Shown one piece after another: positions 33,241 through 42,207 of a DNA stretch of 64,000 nucleotides. Every line of letters starts with the position of its first letter. The stretch's first letter is position 1. The notes under the pieces are model-generated. The model was not told the DNA's origin. It made no database searches and saw only the letters and a program-made list of their open reading frames with translations. The stretch covers positions 29,579 through 93,578 of the forward strand of contig JAJEFG010000107.1 of NCBI GenBank assembly GCA_022820545.1, read 5' to 3'. This DNA comes from Acidobacteriota bacterium (lineage in GTDB: Bacteria; Acidobacteriota; Vicinamibacteria; Marinacidobacterales; Marinacidobacteraceae). A program made the position numbers and the translations under genes.

Positions 33241-34500
33241 CTACCGCAGTCGGACCCGGTCCCAGGCGTCCCAGGCCGAGGTGTCCGAGAGGATGATCTC
33301 GTCGCCCTCGGCGAGCCCGGCCAGGACCTCGATGCGGTTCACCGAGCCCCGGCCGAGCTCCACCGGCACGCGCTCCGCGGTCTCCCCGTCGGGGGCGATC
33401 CGGAAGAGGCCGACCGTGCTCCCCGGCTGGCCGTAGGCCGGCCGGCCGACGTGGAGCGCGTCCGGGATCCGGTCCAGCTCGATCGTGCCGTCCACCGAGA
33501 GGTCCGGACGGGCGCCCCGGGGAAGCTCGCCGGCGATCGCGATGTCCACGGCCACCGTCCCCTCGCGCACCGCGGGGTCCACCCGGGAGACGACGCCCTC
33601 CACGACCCCGTTCCGCGTGTCCACCAGCGCCGGCTGGCCCGGTTCGACGTCGCGCGCCTGCGTCTCGGCGATCCGCAGCACCGCCTTGAGTTCCCGGGGG
33701 TCCGCCACCCGCGCGAGGTTCGCTCCCGGGCTCACCTCCTGGCCGACCTCGACCGGCACCTCCAGGAGCGTTCCGGCGCGTCCGGCCCGCACGGTGAGGG
33801 CGGCGAGCTGCCGCCGGCGGAGTTCCAGGACCGCCCGGTAGCGCGCGACGGTCGCTTCCTTGGAGGCGACCTGCGCCTCGCTCGAGTCGGCGAGGATGGC
33901 GAGGCGCTCTTTCTCGAGCGCGTGGCGGGTCTCCAGTTCCTCGGCGCTCACCTGGCTCCGGCGGTGAATCAGTTCCCCGACCAGTCCCGCCTCGAAGAGC
34001 TTGCGGTCCGCATCCGCGCGGCGGCGCGCCTGGGCCGAGGAAGCGGCGAGCTGGCCGGCGGCGTTCTCCTGCTCCAGCAGGTCGGAACGCGTCTGGTCGA
34101 GCAGCCGCCGGAGTTCCGCCTGCTCGGCGCGGAGCTGGAGTTCGGCCTCGCGGGTCTGCTGTTCGAGTTCGGGATTCGAGAGGACGAGCAGCACGGTGTC
34201 CTCCTCCACCGGGGTTCCGGGGAGCACCCGGCGCTCCTCGACCCGGCCGCGGGTCTCGGCGGCCAGCCAGCGGATCTGTTCGGGCGGGACCTGGAGGCTG
34301 CCCGGTCCCCGGACCTGTCGGATCAGCTCGCCCCGTTCGACGACCCCGGTCCAGACGACCGAGCGGTCCACTTCGGGCGCGCCGGGAGCGATCCGGCCGA
34401 GCAGGATCACCGCGATCAGCAGCGCGGCGGCGCCGCCCCCAGCCAGCATCAGTCGCCGGACGCGGCGTTTCCGCTGCCGGTCGGCGATCTGGAAGTCCAC
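33241..34500 (-). CDS. HlyD-family membrane fusion protein / periplasmic adaptor subunit
   Basis: GTG start with GGAGG 4 nt upstream. A basic N-terminal tail leads into a TM helix (MLAGGGAAALLIAVILLG), then a coiled-coil, then a beta-barrel (TVAVDIAIAGELP). Confidence 0.7.
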   Translation of the reverse strand: MDFQIADRQRKRRVRRLMLAGGGAAALLIAVILLGRIAPGAPEVDRSVVWTGVVERGELIRQVRGPGSLQVPPEQIRWLAAETRGRVEERRVLPGTPVEEDTVLLVLSNPELEQQTREAELQLRAEQAELRRLLDQTRSDLLEQENAAGQLAASSAQARRRADADRKLFEAGLVGELIHRRSQVSAEELETRHALEKERLAILADSSEAQVASKEATVARYRAVLELRRRQLAALTVRAGRAGTLLEVPVEVGQEVSPGANLARVADPRELKAVLRIAETQARDVEPGQPALVDTRNGVVEGVVSRVDPAVREGTVAVDIAIAGELPRGARPDLSVDGTIELDRIPDALHVGRPAYGQPGSTVGLFRIAPDGETAERVPVELGRGSVNRIEVLAGLAEGDEIILSDTSAWDAWDRVRLR

Positions 34501-34520
34501 GCTGCCTCCGCGCTCGTTCC

Positions 34521-36365
34521 CTAGTCGAAGAAGAGTCCCGGCAGCGCCAGGGTCAGGTAAGGGATGTAGGTCACGAGCAGTACCGCGCCCGCCCGGATCA
34601 GCAGGAACGGCACCGAGGCGCGATAGACCTCCCCGAGCGGCCGCTTGAACCGGTAGGAGGCGAGGAAGAGGTTCATCCCCACCGGCGGCGTCAGGTAGCC
34701 GAGCTCCAGGTTCGTGAGGAAGATGACCCCGAGGTGCAGGGGGTCGATGCCGAAGGCGAGTCCGAGCGGCGCGACCAGGGGCACCACGACCACGATGGCC
34801 GAGTAGATGTCCATGAGGCAGCCGACGATCAGCAGGAAGATGTTCAGCAGGAGCAGGAAGAAGAGCGGCGAGGCCACGAACGACTGCACCCAGTCGATCG
34901 CCATCCCCGGGATGTCGGCGAAGATCAGGTAGTTCGTGAGCCCGAGCGCGGCGCCCAGGATGAGCAGCACGCCGCCGATCAGGGTCACCGCGTTGGCCCC
35001 GGTGCGGACCAGATCGGAGAACGTCTTCCCCTCGCGGTGGATCACGAACTCGATGAACAGGGCGTAGAGGACGGTGATGGCGGCGGCTTCCACGAGCGTC
35101 GCGATCCCGCCGAGCATCACGCCGATGACCACGAAGGGGATGGAGGCCTCCCACTTCGCGGTCCAGAGCGCCCGCGCCGCCTCCCCGATCCGGAAGGACG
35201 AGGTAGTCCCCTTGAAGCGTTGGCCCGCGAAACGCCGGGTCACCAGGATCGTGAACCCGGCCACCAGCACGATCTGGAGGGCGGAGGGAATCAGTCCGGC
35301 CACGAAGAGCCGCGGAATGTCCACCTCGGCGACGATCGCGTAGAGGATGACGGCGACCGAGGGGGGAATGAGGAGGCCGAGCGAGCCCGCCGCGGTCAGG
35401 AGTCCGGTCGCGAACTTGGGGCGGTGGCCGTCGGCGAGCAGCAGGGGGAACATCAGGCCGCCCATCGCCAGGATGGTGACGCCGCTGCCCCCGGTGAAAC
35501 AGGTGAAGAACGCGGACATCACGATCGCCACCACCGCCACCCCGCCCGGCATCCAGCCGAAGACGCCGCGGAAGAGCACCACGAGGCGCTTGGGCGCGCC
35601 GCCCTCCGCGAGGATGTAGCCCGCGAGGGTGAAGAGCGGAATCGTCGGCAGCATGGGCTTCGTGACCATGCTGTAGGCCTCGGCGGGAATCGCCGCGACC
35701 GGGTCCCAGTTGCTCCACAGCAGCACCGCGGCAGCGCCGCCGAGCGCCACGAAGATCGGCGCCCCGAACGCCGCGGCGATCAGGATGAGGGCGAGCAGCG
35801 GCCATTCGATGCCGTATCCGGTGAGGTCCCACCCGGTGAGCCCCTCGTGGAGCAGCAGGGGAACCGCGAGGCCGAGGACCGCGGTCCAGCGGCCCCAGGC
35901 GGTCGGGACCCGCCGCCAGAGCCGCCAGGCGATCAGCAGGAAGCCGACCGGCATGACGGCCACGGCGGCCCAGACCGGGACGCCGAGCGCCAGTTCCCGG
36001 CCGCCCTCCCACTCGGCCCGGGTGAGCACCACGCTGGCGTAGGAGAGCGTGACCGACACCACGACCCCGACCGCGCCCGACAGCGACAGGAGGCGCGGCC
36101 TCCAGACCTCGGACACCATGCTCGGGCCGGCGCTCAGCGAGAGCAGCTCGCCCCGGCGGGACGCCACCGCCGCCCCCAGGAAGGCGACCCAGAGCGTCAG
36201 GTGCTGCACCCACATGAACGAGCCCGGGATGCCCGTCGGATAGACCGGACGGATGAGCGCCTCGGTGATCGGGATCGCCGCCATGAGGACGAGCGCGCCG
36301 ACCGAGATCGCGTCCTCGAAGACCGCGAGGCGGCTCCGGGGCGGACCGGCGGTTCCTTCCGGCAT
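34521..36365 (-). CDS. TRAP transporter fused permease (DctQ-DctM fusion)
   Basis: ORF 34521..36407(-). The internal Met start (MPEGTAG) has GGAGG 8 nt upstream. A 4-TM DctQ-like N-terminus precedes a DctM-like 12-TM region. Confidence 0.8.
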   Translation of the reverse strand: MPEGTAGPPRSRLAVFEDAISVGALVLMAAIPITEALIRPVYPTGIPGSFMWVQHLTLWVAFLGAAVASRRGELLSLSAGPSMVSEVWRPRLLSLSGAVGVVVSVTLSYASVVLTRAEWEGGRELALGVPVWAAVAVMPVGFLLIAWRLWRRVPTAWGRWTAVLGLAVPLLLHEGLTGWDLTGYGIEWPLLALILIAAAFGAPIFVALGGAAAVLLWSNWDPVAAIPAEAYSMVTKPMLPTIPLFTLAGYILAEGGAPKRLVVLFRGVFGWMPGGVAVVAIVMSAFFTCFTGGSGVTILAMGGLMFPLLLADGHRPKFATGLLTAAGSLGLLIPPSVAVILYAIVAEVDIPRLFVAGLIPSALQIVLVAGFTILVTRRFAGQRFKGTTSSFRIGEAARALWTAKWEASIPFVVIGVMLGGIATLVEAAAITVLYALFIEFVIHREGKTFSDLVRTGANAVTLIGGVLLILGAALGLTNYLIFADIPGMAIDWVQSFVASPLFFLLLLNIFLLIVGCLMDIYSAIVVVVPLVAPLGLAFGIDPLHLGVIFLTNLELGYLTPPVGMNLFLASYRFKRPLGEVYRASVPFLLIRAGAVLLVTYIPYLTLALPGLFFD

Positions 36366-36448
36366 GCCGGCGGCCTCCGGGAGGGCCCCTGCGGCGTCCG
36401 GACTCATGGCTCCCCGGGGCGGACTCCGCGGGTCAGCCCGCGGCGGGG

Positions 36449-37474
36449 CTACTCATTGGCGGCCCGGTACTCGTCGCGCAGCCGGATCATGCGGTCGAAC
36501 ACCGGAGGGGAGACGAGCTGCTCCCGGACCAGCGGGAAGAGCTTCTCCGCGGTCTCCATCCAGGCGCTTTCGAACGCGGAGGAGGCCTCGATCACCTCGA
36601 GACCCCGCGACTTCATCGCCGCGAGCGACTTCCGCTCCTGCTCGCGGTTGGTCTCGCGGAACGATTCCGCCGCCTCGTTGCTCTTGCGGAGCACCACCTC
36701 CTGCTGGGACGCGTCGAGCCGTTCCCAACCCTGCTCGTGCACGATGATGGCGCCCTGCAGCGGCGCCCAGGGGAGGTCGTTCATGAACTTGGCCGAGCGG
36801 TAGATCTGGGACCCCTCCGCGAGCACGATCGGCAGCGGGACGGCCTCGATGAGTCCGGTCTGGAAGCCGCTCACCAGCTCGACCGAACTGATCTGGACCG
36901 GGTCGAAGCCCGACCAGCGCAGGAGATCGAGGACCGTCTGGTCGTTCGAGGCGCCCGCCAGCTTCAGCGCCTGCAGGTCTTCGAGGGTGTTGACGGGGTC
37001 GCTCGCGAAGAAGTGGAGCCAGCCCACGTCGGCCCAGGCGATGACCTGGAACCCGTGCCCGCTCAGCGTTTCGGCGATCGCCGGGTTCATGGCCTCCCGG
37101 ACGTGGTCCCATTCGGGGTAGTCGCGGAACACCATCGGGATGGAGAGCGTCCAGGCGCTCGGGTCCAGTTCGGCGAGTCCCACGTTGGAGACCGCGGCCA
37201 TCTGGACCTGGCCGAGCCGCATCTTGCTGATCATCGCGGTTTCGTCGCCGGCGGCGCCCCCGGCGATGATGCGGATCCGCACCTCGCCGCCGGTCTCGCG
37301 GCCGATCTCGGCGGCCATCTTGTCGAGGATCAGGTGGTAGGCGGACCCCCGGGGCGCGACGGTCGCGAGGCGCAGGTTGACCCGCGCCTCGGCGGCGGCC
37401 GCGGGCAGGACGAGGGCGAGAGCCACGAGCGCGACGCTCCGGCCAGCCGGAAGGAACTTTCTGACGTTCGGCAT
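36449..37474 (-). CDS. dctP: TRAP transporter substrate-binding protein (DctP family)
   Basis: This is the C-terminal 341 aa of ORF 36449..37939(-), starting MPNVRKFLPAGRSVALVALALVLPAAAAEA (signal peptide). DctP fold. Confidence 0.8.
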   Translation of the reverse strand: MPNVRKFLPAGRSVALVALALVLPAAAAEARVNLRLATVAPRGSAYHLILDKMAAEIGRETGGEVRIRIIAGGAAGDETAMISKMRLGQVQMAAVSNVGLAELDPSAWTLSIPMVFRDYPEWDHVREAMNPAIAETLSGHGFQVIAWADVGWLHFFASDPVNTLEDLQALKLAGASNDQTVLDLLRWSGFDPVQISSVELVSGFQTGLIEAVPLPIVLAEGSQIYRSAKFMNDLPWAPLQGAIIVHEQGWERLDASQQEVVLRKSNEAAESFRETNREQERKSLAAMKSRGLEVIEASSAFESAWMETAEKLFPLVREQLVSPPVFDRMIRLRDEYRAANE

Positions 37475-37494
37475 AAGGGAATTCTCTGCTGTTT

Positions 37495-38436
37495 CTATGG
37501 GTTCTGCAGGTCGTCGAGGAAATAGTCGTCGACGTTGCTGAGCAGCCAGGCGGCCCGTTCCTGGGCCACCTGGTTCAGGAGACGCGCTCCCGGTTCGCTG
37601 TCGATGTCGAAATCGAGCGTCTGCCGCAACAGGGTCTCGAATTCCTCCCGGTTGCCGCTCGCGACCGATCCCGTCTCGGCCCAGGTGGACCAGAGCACCG
37701 GAGCCCGCGCCGGGCCGATCCCGAGCGCGTGCTCGTAGTACTCGCGTCCCTGGTCGATGGAGCCCCCGATCCGGGACACCTCGTAGATGCTCAGGTAGTC
37801 GTAGACCACCCCGTCGTCCACCGTGTCGTCGAGTTCGCGGGACCGGTTCAGCAGGGCGCCCATCAGGGAGAGGTCCGCGGTGGCCTCGGGATTGTCCGTA
37901 TCCATCGCGATCCAGGCGCCGAGCGCGGTGCCTGTCCACAGCGCCAGGGCGGCGTCCTCGACCTCCAGCTCGGCGGCGGCCGCCTCCGGGTCGCGGCGGA
38001 GGCGGGCTTCGATGCCGGGATGGTTCACTTCGAGACCCCGCATGCCGTAGCCCGTGGCGCGGCGGTAGAGCCGGGCGGCGCGCCGCCGCACGGCCTGCTT
38101 CTCCTCGAACTGGGTGAAGTCGAGATCGAAGAGGTCCGGCTCGACGAAGCCGTAGGCGAAGAGCAGGAAGCCCTTGGTCGCGCTCAACAGCATTTCCCGG
38201 TGCTCGGGGCTCGTCTCCAGCATCGTCTCCATGAGCCAGAGGTTGTTGGCGAGCGGCGCCTTGACGAGGTCGAGGTCATCGTCGGAACGGAGGACGGCCT
38301 CCCCCTCGGCGAGCAGTCCCGAAATCGAGTTCACCGCCATGTTGGCGACGAGACTGCACCCCGGCAACCACGTCAGCGCGGCGACAAGGCCGGCAGCCGG
38401 ACCGAGCCGCATCCTCCCCGCTCCCACGGTCCTCAT
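37495..38436 (-). CDS. TatT-like TPR/helical lipoprotein (T component of TPR-protein-associated TRAP transporter)
   Basis: The lipobox is LTWLPGCS. The 313-aa protein is predicted helical. It sits 20 nt upstream of dctP, giving the T-P-QM gene order seen in TPATs. Confidence 0.45.
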   Translation of the reverse strand: MRTVGAGRMRLGPAAGLVAALTWLPGCSLVANMAVNSISGLLAEGEAVLRSDDDLDLVKAPLANNLWLMETMLETSPEHREMLLSATKGFLLFAYGFVEPDLFDLDFTQFEEKQAVRRRAARLYRRATGYGMRGLEVNHPGIEARLRRDPEAAAAELEVEDAALALWTGTALGAWIAMDTDNPEATADLSLMGALLNRSRELDDTVDDGVVYDYLSIYEVSRIGGSIDQGREYYEHALGIGPARAPVLWSTWAETGSVASGNREEFETLLRQTLDFDIDSEPGARLLNQVAQERAAWLLSNVDDYFLDDLQNP

Positions 38437-38518
38437 GACGGCGGAAGGTTACTCCGCGGGCGGGTTCCGTCCGGCGCCCGGACGCCCGCGCCAGCGAGCG
38501 GGTAGCCTTGTTCGCCGC

Positions 38519-39076
38519 ATGCGTTCGAACCCTCCTCCTTCCCTTGTGCTTTTCGCCGGGTCGGCCCTGGTGTCGCTGGGGCTGACCGTGTCTCCCGCCG
38601 CGGGCGCCGCGGGGCCGGCGAACGTCAATTCTGCCTCCCCGCAGGCTTCCGCCGCCCCGGATCCCATCGTCGGCTCCTGGCGCCCGCGCGAGTACCGCCT
38701 CGCGGCCGGGGAGACGCTTCCGGTGGACGGCCGGATCGTGTTCCTCGCCCGGAGCGACGACGGGAGCCGTGGCGAGTGGTCCGTGACCTTCTTCGTCACC
38801 GGCGCGGAAGGCGCCGCGGTCCGCGGGTCGGCCGAGGGCGGAGCGTGGTCGCGGGAGGGCAGATCCCTGCTCCTCACCCACCAGTACCACCTCTCGGCGG
38901 GGGACGCCGCCGGACCGCTCGCGGCGGCCCCGCTCGCGATGGCGATGCGTTCGGCCGAGGAAGCGGACGCGAACCACCGCGAGCCCTGCGAGGTGTCCGT
39001 GGAGAGCGGCGTCCTGACGCTCTACTTCCCGAGCGGCAACTCGATGACCTTCGAACGGGTCGAGGCCCTCCGGTAG
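38519..39076 (+). CDS. Hypothetical secreted protein (185 aa)
   Basis: In-frame Met within ORF 38174..39076, with signal peptide MRSNPPPSLVLFAGSALVSLGLTVSPAAGAAG. Confidence 0.5.
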   Translation: MRSNPPPSLVLFAGSALVSLGLTVSPAAGAAGPANVNSASPQASAAPDPIVGSWRPREYRLAAGETLPVDGRIVFLARSDDGSRGEWSVTFFVTGAEGAAVRGSAEGGAWSREGRSLLLTHQYHLSAGDAAGPLAAAPLAMAMRSAEEADANHREPCEVSVESGVLTLYFPSGNSMTFERVEALR

Positions 39077-39090
39077 GGTCGCATGGCGCC

Positions 39091-39142
39091 GCCGGCTTGG
39101 AACGCCGGTCTCCAGACCGGCACCGCAGCGCTCCGCGCTGCG
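39091..39142 (+). repeat. Cluster of GC hairpins related to REP family B (GCCGGCTTGGAACGCCGG; GCCGGTCT-CC-AGACCGGC; CAGCGC-TCC-GCGCTG)
   Basis: The hairpins lie in the intergenic region upstream of the molybdo-oxidoreductase operon. Confidence 0.55.
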
Positions 39143-39228
39143 CACCGCACGGCCTTGACGTGCAGGATGACGCGCGGGAGGCATAGGATGTTGACGGACA
39201 ATCCTCCGCGCGGAGGGGAGAGACATCG

Positions 39229-39708
39229 ATGAGAGAGACCACGCTCACGGTCAACGGCGAGACGCACACGCTGGACGTCGATCCGGCGACGCCGCTGCTC
39301 TACGTCCTCCGGAACGACCTCGGACTGCGGGGGCCGCGCTTCGGCTGCGGCCTAGCCCAGTGCGGGACGTGCACGGTGCTGATGGACGGACGCCCGATCC
39401 GTTCGTGCATCCTGCCGGTCTCCCGGACCCGGGGCGGGATCACGACCCTGGAGGGACTGCCCGAGGACGGAAAGCTGCACCCCGTCCAGCAGGCCTGGAT
39501 CGAAGAGCAGGTGCCCCAGTGCGGGTTCTGCCAGAACGGCCAGATCCTCACCGCCGCGGCCATGCTCGACGCCAACCCGAACCCGTCCGACGACGAGATC
39601 CGCCGGGGCATGAACCCGATTCTCTGCCGCTGCATGACCTACTTCCGGATCCAGTCCGCGGTGAAACGCGCCGCGGCGGCGATGGCCGAAACCGAGGCAG
39701 ACCGATGA
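39229..39708 (+). CDS. (2Fe-2S)-binding small subunit of xanthine-dehydrogenase-family molybdo-oxidoreductase (IorA-like)
   Basis: Cysteine clusters CGLAQCGTC and CGFCQNG...CRC are present. Confidence 0.85.
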   Translation: MRETTLTVNGETHTLDVDPATPLLYVLRNDLGLRGPRFGCGLAQCGTCTVLMDGRPIRSCILPVSRTRGGITTLEGLPEDGKLHPVQQAWIEEQVPQCGFCQNGQILTAAAMLDANPNPSDDEIRRGMNPILCRCMTYFRIQSAVKRAAAAMAETEADR

Positions 39709-42086
39709 GCGGCGGGCGCGACATGAACGCGATCGACCGCGCCCTCGAACGCTGGGAGGGGACCGCTTCCCGGCGCGACTTCCTCAAGTCCTCGGGCCTC
39801 TTCGTCTTCGGTCTGAGCGCCCCGGGCGCGGCCGGCGAAGGCCTCGCGGCCCAGCCCGCGGCCGACGGCCCCTATCCCGATCCCGACTTCCTCCAGCTCG
39901 ACTCGTGGCTCGTCGTCCACGAGGACGGCAGCGCGACCTTCTACGTCGGCAAGACCGACGGCGGCCAGGGCACCGGGACCGCCACCCGGCAGATGATGTG
40001 CGACGAGCTCGACCTCGCCTTCGACCGGGCCACGGTGGTCATGGGACGCACCGATCTGACCGTGGACCAGGGCGGCTCGGGCGGCTCGGACGCGATCGAG
40101 CGCGACGCCATGGTCGGACGCCGCATCGCGGCGGAGGCCCGGCGGGTGCTGCTGGAAATGGCGTCCGAGCGCTTCGGCGCGCCGGTGGAGGAGTTGCGCG
40201 TGAGCGAGGGGGTGATCTCGCTCGGGAGCGATCCCTCGCGGACGGTCACCTACGGGGAGCTGATCGGCGGGCGGCGCTTCGACGTCGCGCTGACGGGCGC
40301 GAACATCAACCAGACCGCCGGCGTCGCGAGCATCAAGCCGGTCCAGGACCTGAAGCTCGTCGGCCAGTCGATCCCGCGCTACGACATCCCCGCCAAGGTG
40401 GACGGATCGTTCGAGTGGGCCGTCGACGTGAACCTCCCGGGGATGGTCCACGCCCGGAACGTGCGCCCGCCGTTCGCCGGGGCGACTCTGACCGGCGTCG
40501 ACGAGTCCTCGGTGAGCGGGATGCCCGGCTTCCTCCGGGTGGTGCGCGAGGGGAACTACGTCGCGGTGGTGTGCGAGCGCGAGGAGCAGGCGATCGAGGC
40601 CGCGGAGGGCCTGGCGGTCACCTGGGAGAAGCCCGCCACGGCGCCGTTCCCGGCATCGGACGACCTCTTCGACTACCTGCGGAGCGCGGAGCCGGAGCCG
40701 AACCTGGGCGGACGCTGGGCCGCGGAGGTCGAGGGCGATCCCGACGCGGCGCTGGCGAGCGCCGCGACCGTCGTCGAAGCCGCCTACGACGTTCCCTTCC
40801 AGGGACATACGGCGATCGGGCCCGCCCACGCGCTGGCCGATCCTTCGGACGGCCAGATGACGATCTACACGAACGACATGAAGCCGTACAGCCACCGGAC
40901 CGGGATCGCCGAATTCCTGGGGCTCGCGCCGGAGCGGGTGCGGGTGATCTGGATGGAGGGCCCGCAGCTCTACGGGCGCACGGCGGCGGACGACGCGGGT
41001 TTCGAGGCCGCCTACCTTGCGAAGGAACTGGGGCGCCCCGTTCGGGTCCAGTGGATGAGGCACGAGGAGACGGCGTGGGACACCAAGGGTCCCGCCTTCG
41101 CCATCGACCTCCGCGGGGGACTCGATGCGGACGGCAACCTGGTCGCGCTGGACTATCGGGGCCGGATCGCCAACTACGCGCACGTCGGCTACAACCAGGC
41201 CCGGACGGTGCTCATCGCGCAACTGATGGGCCTCCGGCCCGAGCGGCCGGCGCCCGGGGGCGCGGGCGGGCCGGACGCCATGTACCACGTCCCGAACCGG
41301 CGCGAGGAGACGCGCGCGGTCCGCCTCCCGCTGGTCTTCGAGACGCCGCTCCGCACCGGGAATCTCCGCGACCCGAACGGCCCGCAGATCACGTTCGCCG
41401 CGGAGTCGTTCATCGACGAGCTGGCGGCCGCCGCGGACGCCGATCCGGTCGAGTTCCGGCTGCGCCTCCTGCGGCGCGCCACGGACGACGACGAGATCTT
41501 CCGGCGGGCGCGCTCGGTCGCGGTGGTCGAAGCGGCCGCGAAGGCCTACGGCTGGGACGCCCGGCCGTCACCCGCGAGGGTGGGCAGCGGACGGCTGCTC
41601 ACCGGACGGGGCATCGCCTACGCCTACCGCGCCCGCACCACCGTCGCCGTGATCGCCGAGGTCGAGGTGGACCGCGAGACCGGGCAGGTGCGGGTCCCCC
41701 GGATGGTCTGCGCCCACGACTGCGGCCTCGTGATCAACCCGGACGGCCTCGAGAACACCATCCAGGGGAACCTCCTGCACGGCATCAGCCGGACCCTCTA
41801 CGAAGAGGTCCGGTTCGACACCGAGAAGGTCACGAGCGTCGACTGGCGCACCCACCCGACCCTCACCCACCGGGACACCCCCGAACGCATCGACGTCGTG
41901 GTGGTGAACGGCGACCCCAACCCCGACCGCCCGGACCTCCCCCCCTACGGCGCCGGCGAACCCTCCCACAAGCCCGTCCCCGCAGCCATCGCCAACGCCG
42001 TCCACGACGCCACCGGCGTCCGCATCCGCCGCCTCCCGCTCCGCCCCGAACGCGTCCTCGCGGAACTGGAAGCGGCGGGCGTCTAA
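39705..42086 (+). CDS. Molybdopterin-binding large subunit (IorB/aldehyde oxidoreductase-like) with Tat signal
   Basis: The ATGA overlaps the small subunit. The Tat motif is SRRDFLKSSGLFVFGLSAP. The protein is 793 aa with an MPT-binding domain. Confidence 0.85.
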   Translation: MSGGRDMNAIDRALERWEGTASRRDFLKSSGLFVFGLSAPGAAGEGLAAQPAADGPYPDPDFLQLDSWLVVHEDGSATFYVGKTDGGQGTGTATRQMMCDELDLAFDRATVVMGRTDLTVDQGGSGGSDAIERDAMVGRRIAAEARRVLLEMASERFGAPVEELRVSEGVISLGSDPSRTVTYGELIGGRRFDVALTGANINQTAGVASIKPVQDLKLVGQSIPRYDIPAKVDGSFEWAVDVNLPGMVHARNVRPPFAGATLTGVDESSVSGMPGFLRVVREGNYVAVVCEREEQAIEAAEGLAVTWEKPATAPFPASDDLFDYLRSAEPEPNLGGRWAAEVEGDPDAALASAATVVEAAYDVPFQGHTAIGPAHALADPSDGQMTIYTNDMKPYSHRTGIAEFLGLAPERVRVIWMEGPQLYGRTAADDAGFEAAYLAKELGRPVRVQWMRHEETAWDTKGPAFAIDLRGGLDADGNLVALDYRGRIANYAHVGYNQARTVLIAQLMGLRPERPAPGGAGGPDAMYHVPNRREETRAVRLPLVFETPLRTGNLRDPNGPQITFAAESFIDELAAAADADPVEFRLRLLRRATDDDEIFRRARSVAVVEAAAKAYGWDARPSPARVGSGRLLTGRGIAYAYRARTTVAVIAEVEVDRETGQVRVPRMVCAHDCGLVINPDGLENTIQGNLLHGISRTLYEEVRFDTEKVTSVDWRTHPTLTHRDTPERIDVVVVNGDPNPDRPDLPPYGAGEPSHKPVPAAIANAVHDATGVRIRRLPLRPERVLAELEAAGV

Positions 42087-42102
42087 CCGCCGGAGGGTCC
42101 GT

Positions 42103-42133
42103 TCGGAGCGCCGGCCTCCGGCCGGCATCGCGG
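42103..42133 (-). repeat. REP-like element family A copy (reverse orientation)
   Basis: The reverse complement reads GCGATGCCGGCCGGAGGCCGGCGCTCCGAAC. It lies in a convergent intergenic spacer. Confidence 0.7.
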
Positions 42134-42207
42134 CCCCCAGGGCCGCGAGACCGCGTAACGCGAACCGGCAACAGGCGCGGCGCGTAGCCCGGAGTGCCCG
42201 ACCCCTC

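Noticed and set aside
36453-37112. 219-aa minus ORF, 262-aa plus ORF 36737..37525, and the N-terminal extension of ORF 36449..37939
   Set aside because: Shadows of dctP and the TatT-like gene. The dctP start is fixed by its signal peptide at 37474.
39905-42187. 760-aa Arg-rich + strand ORF
   Set aside because: Frame-shifted shadow of the molybdo-oxidoreductase large subunit. The translation is ~25% Arg/Gly and not protein-like.
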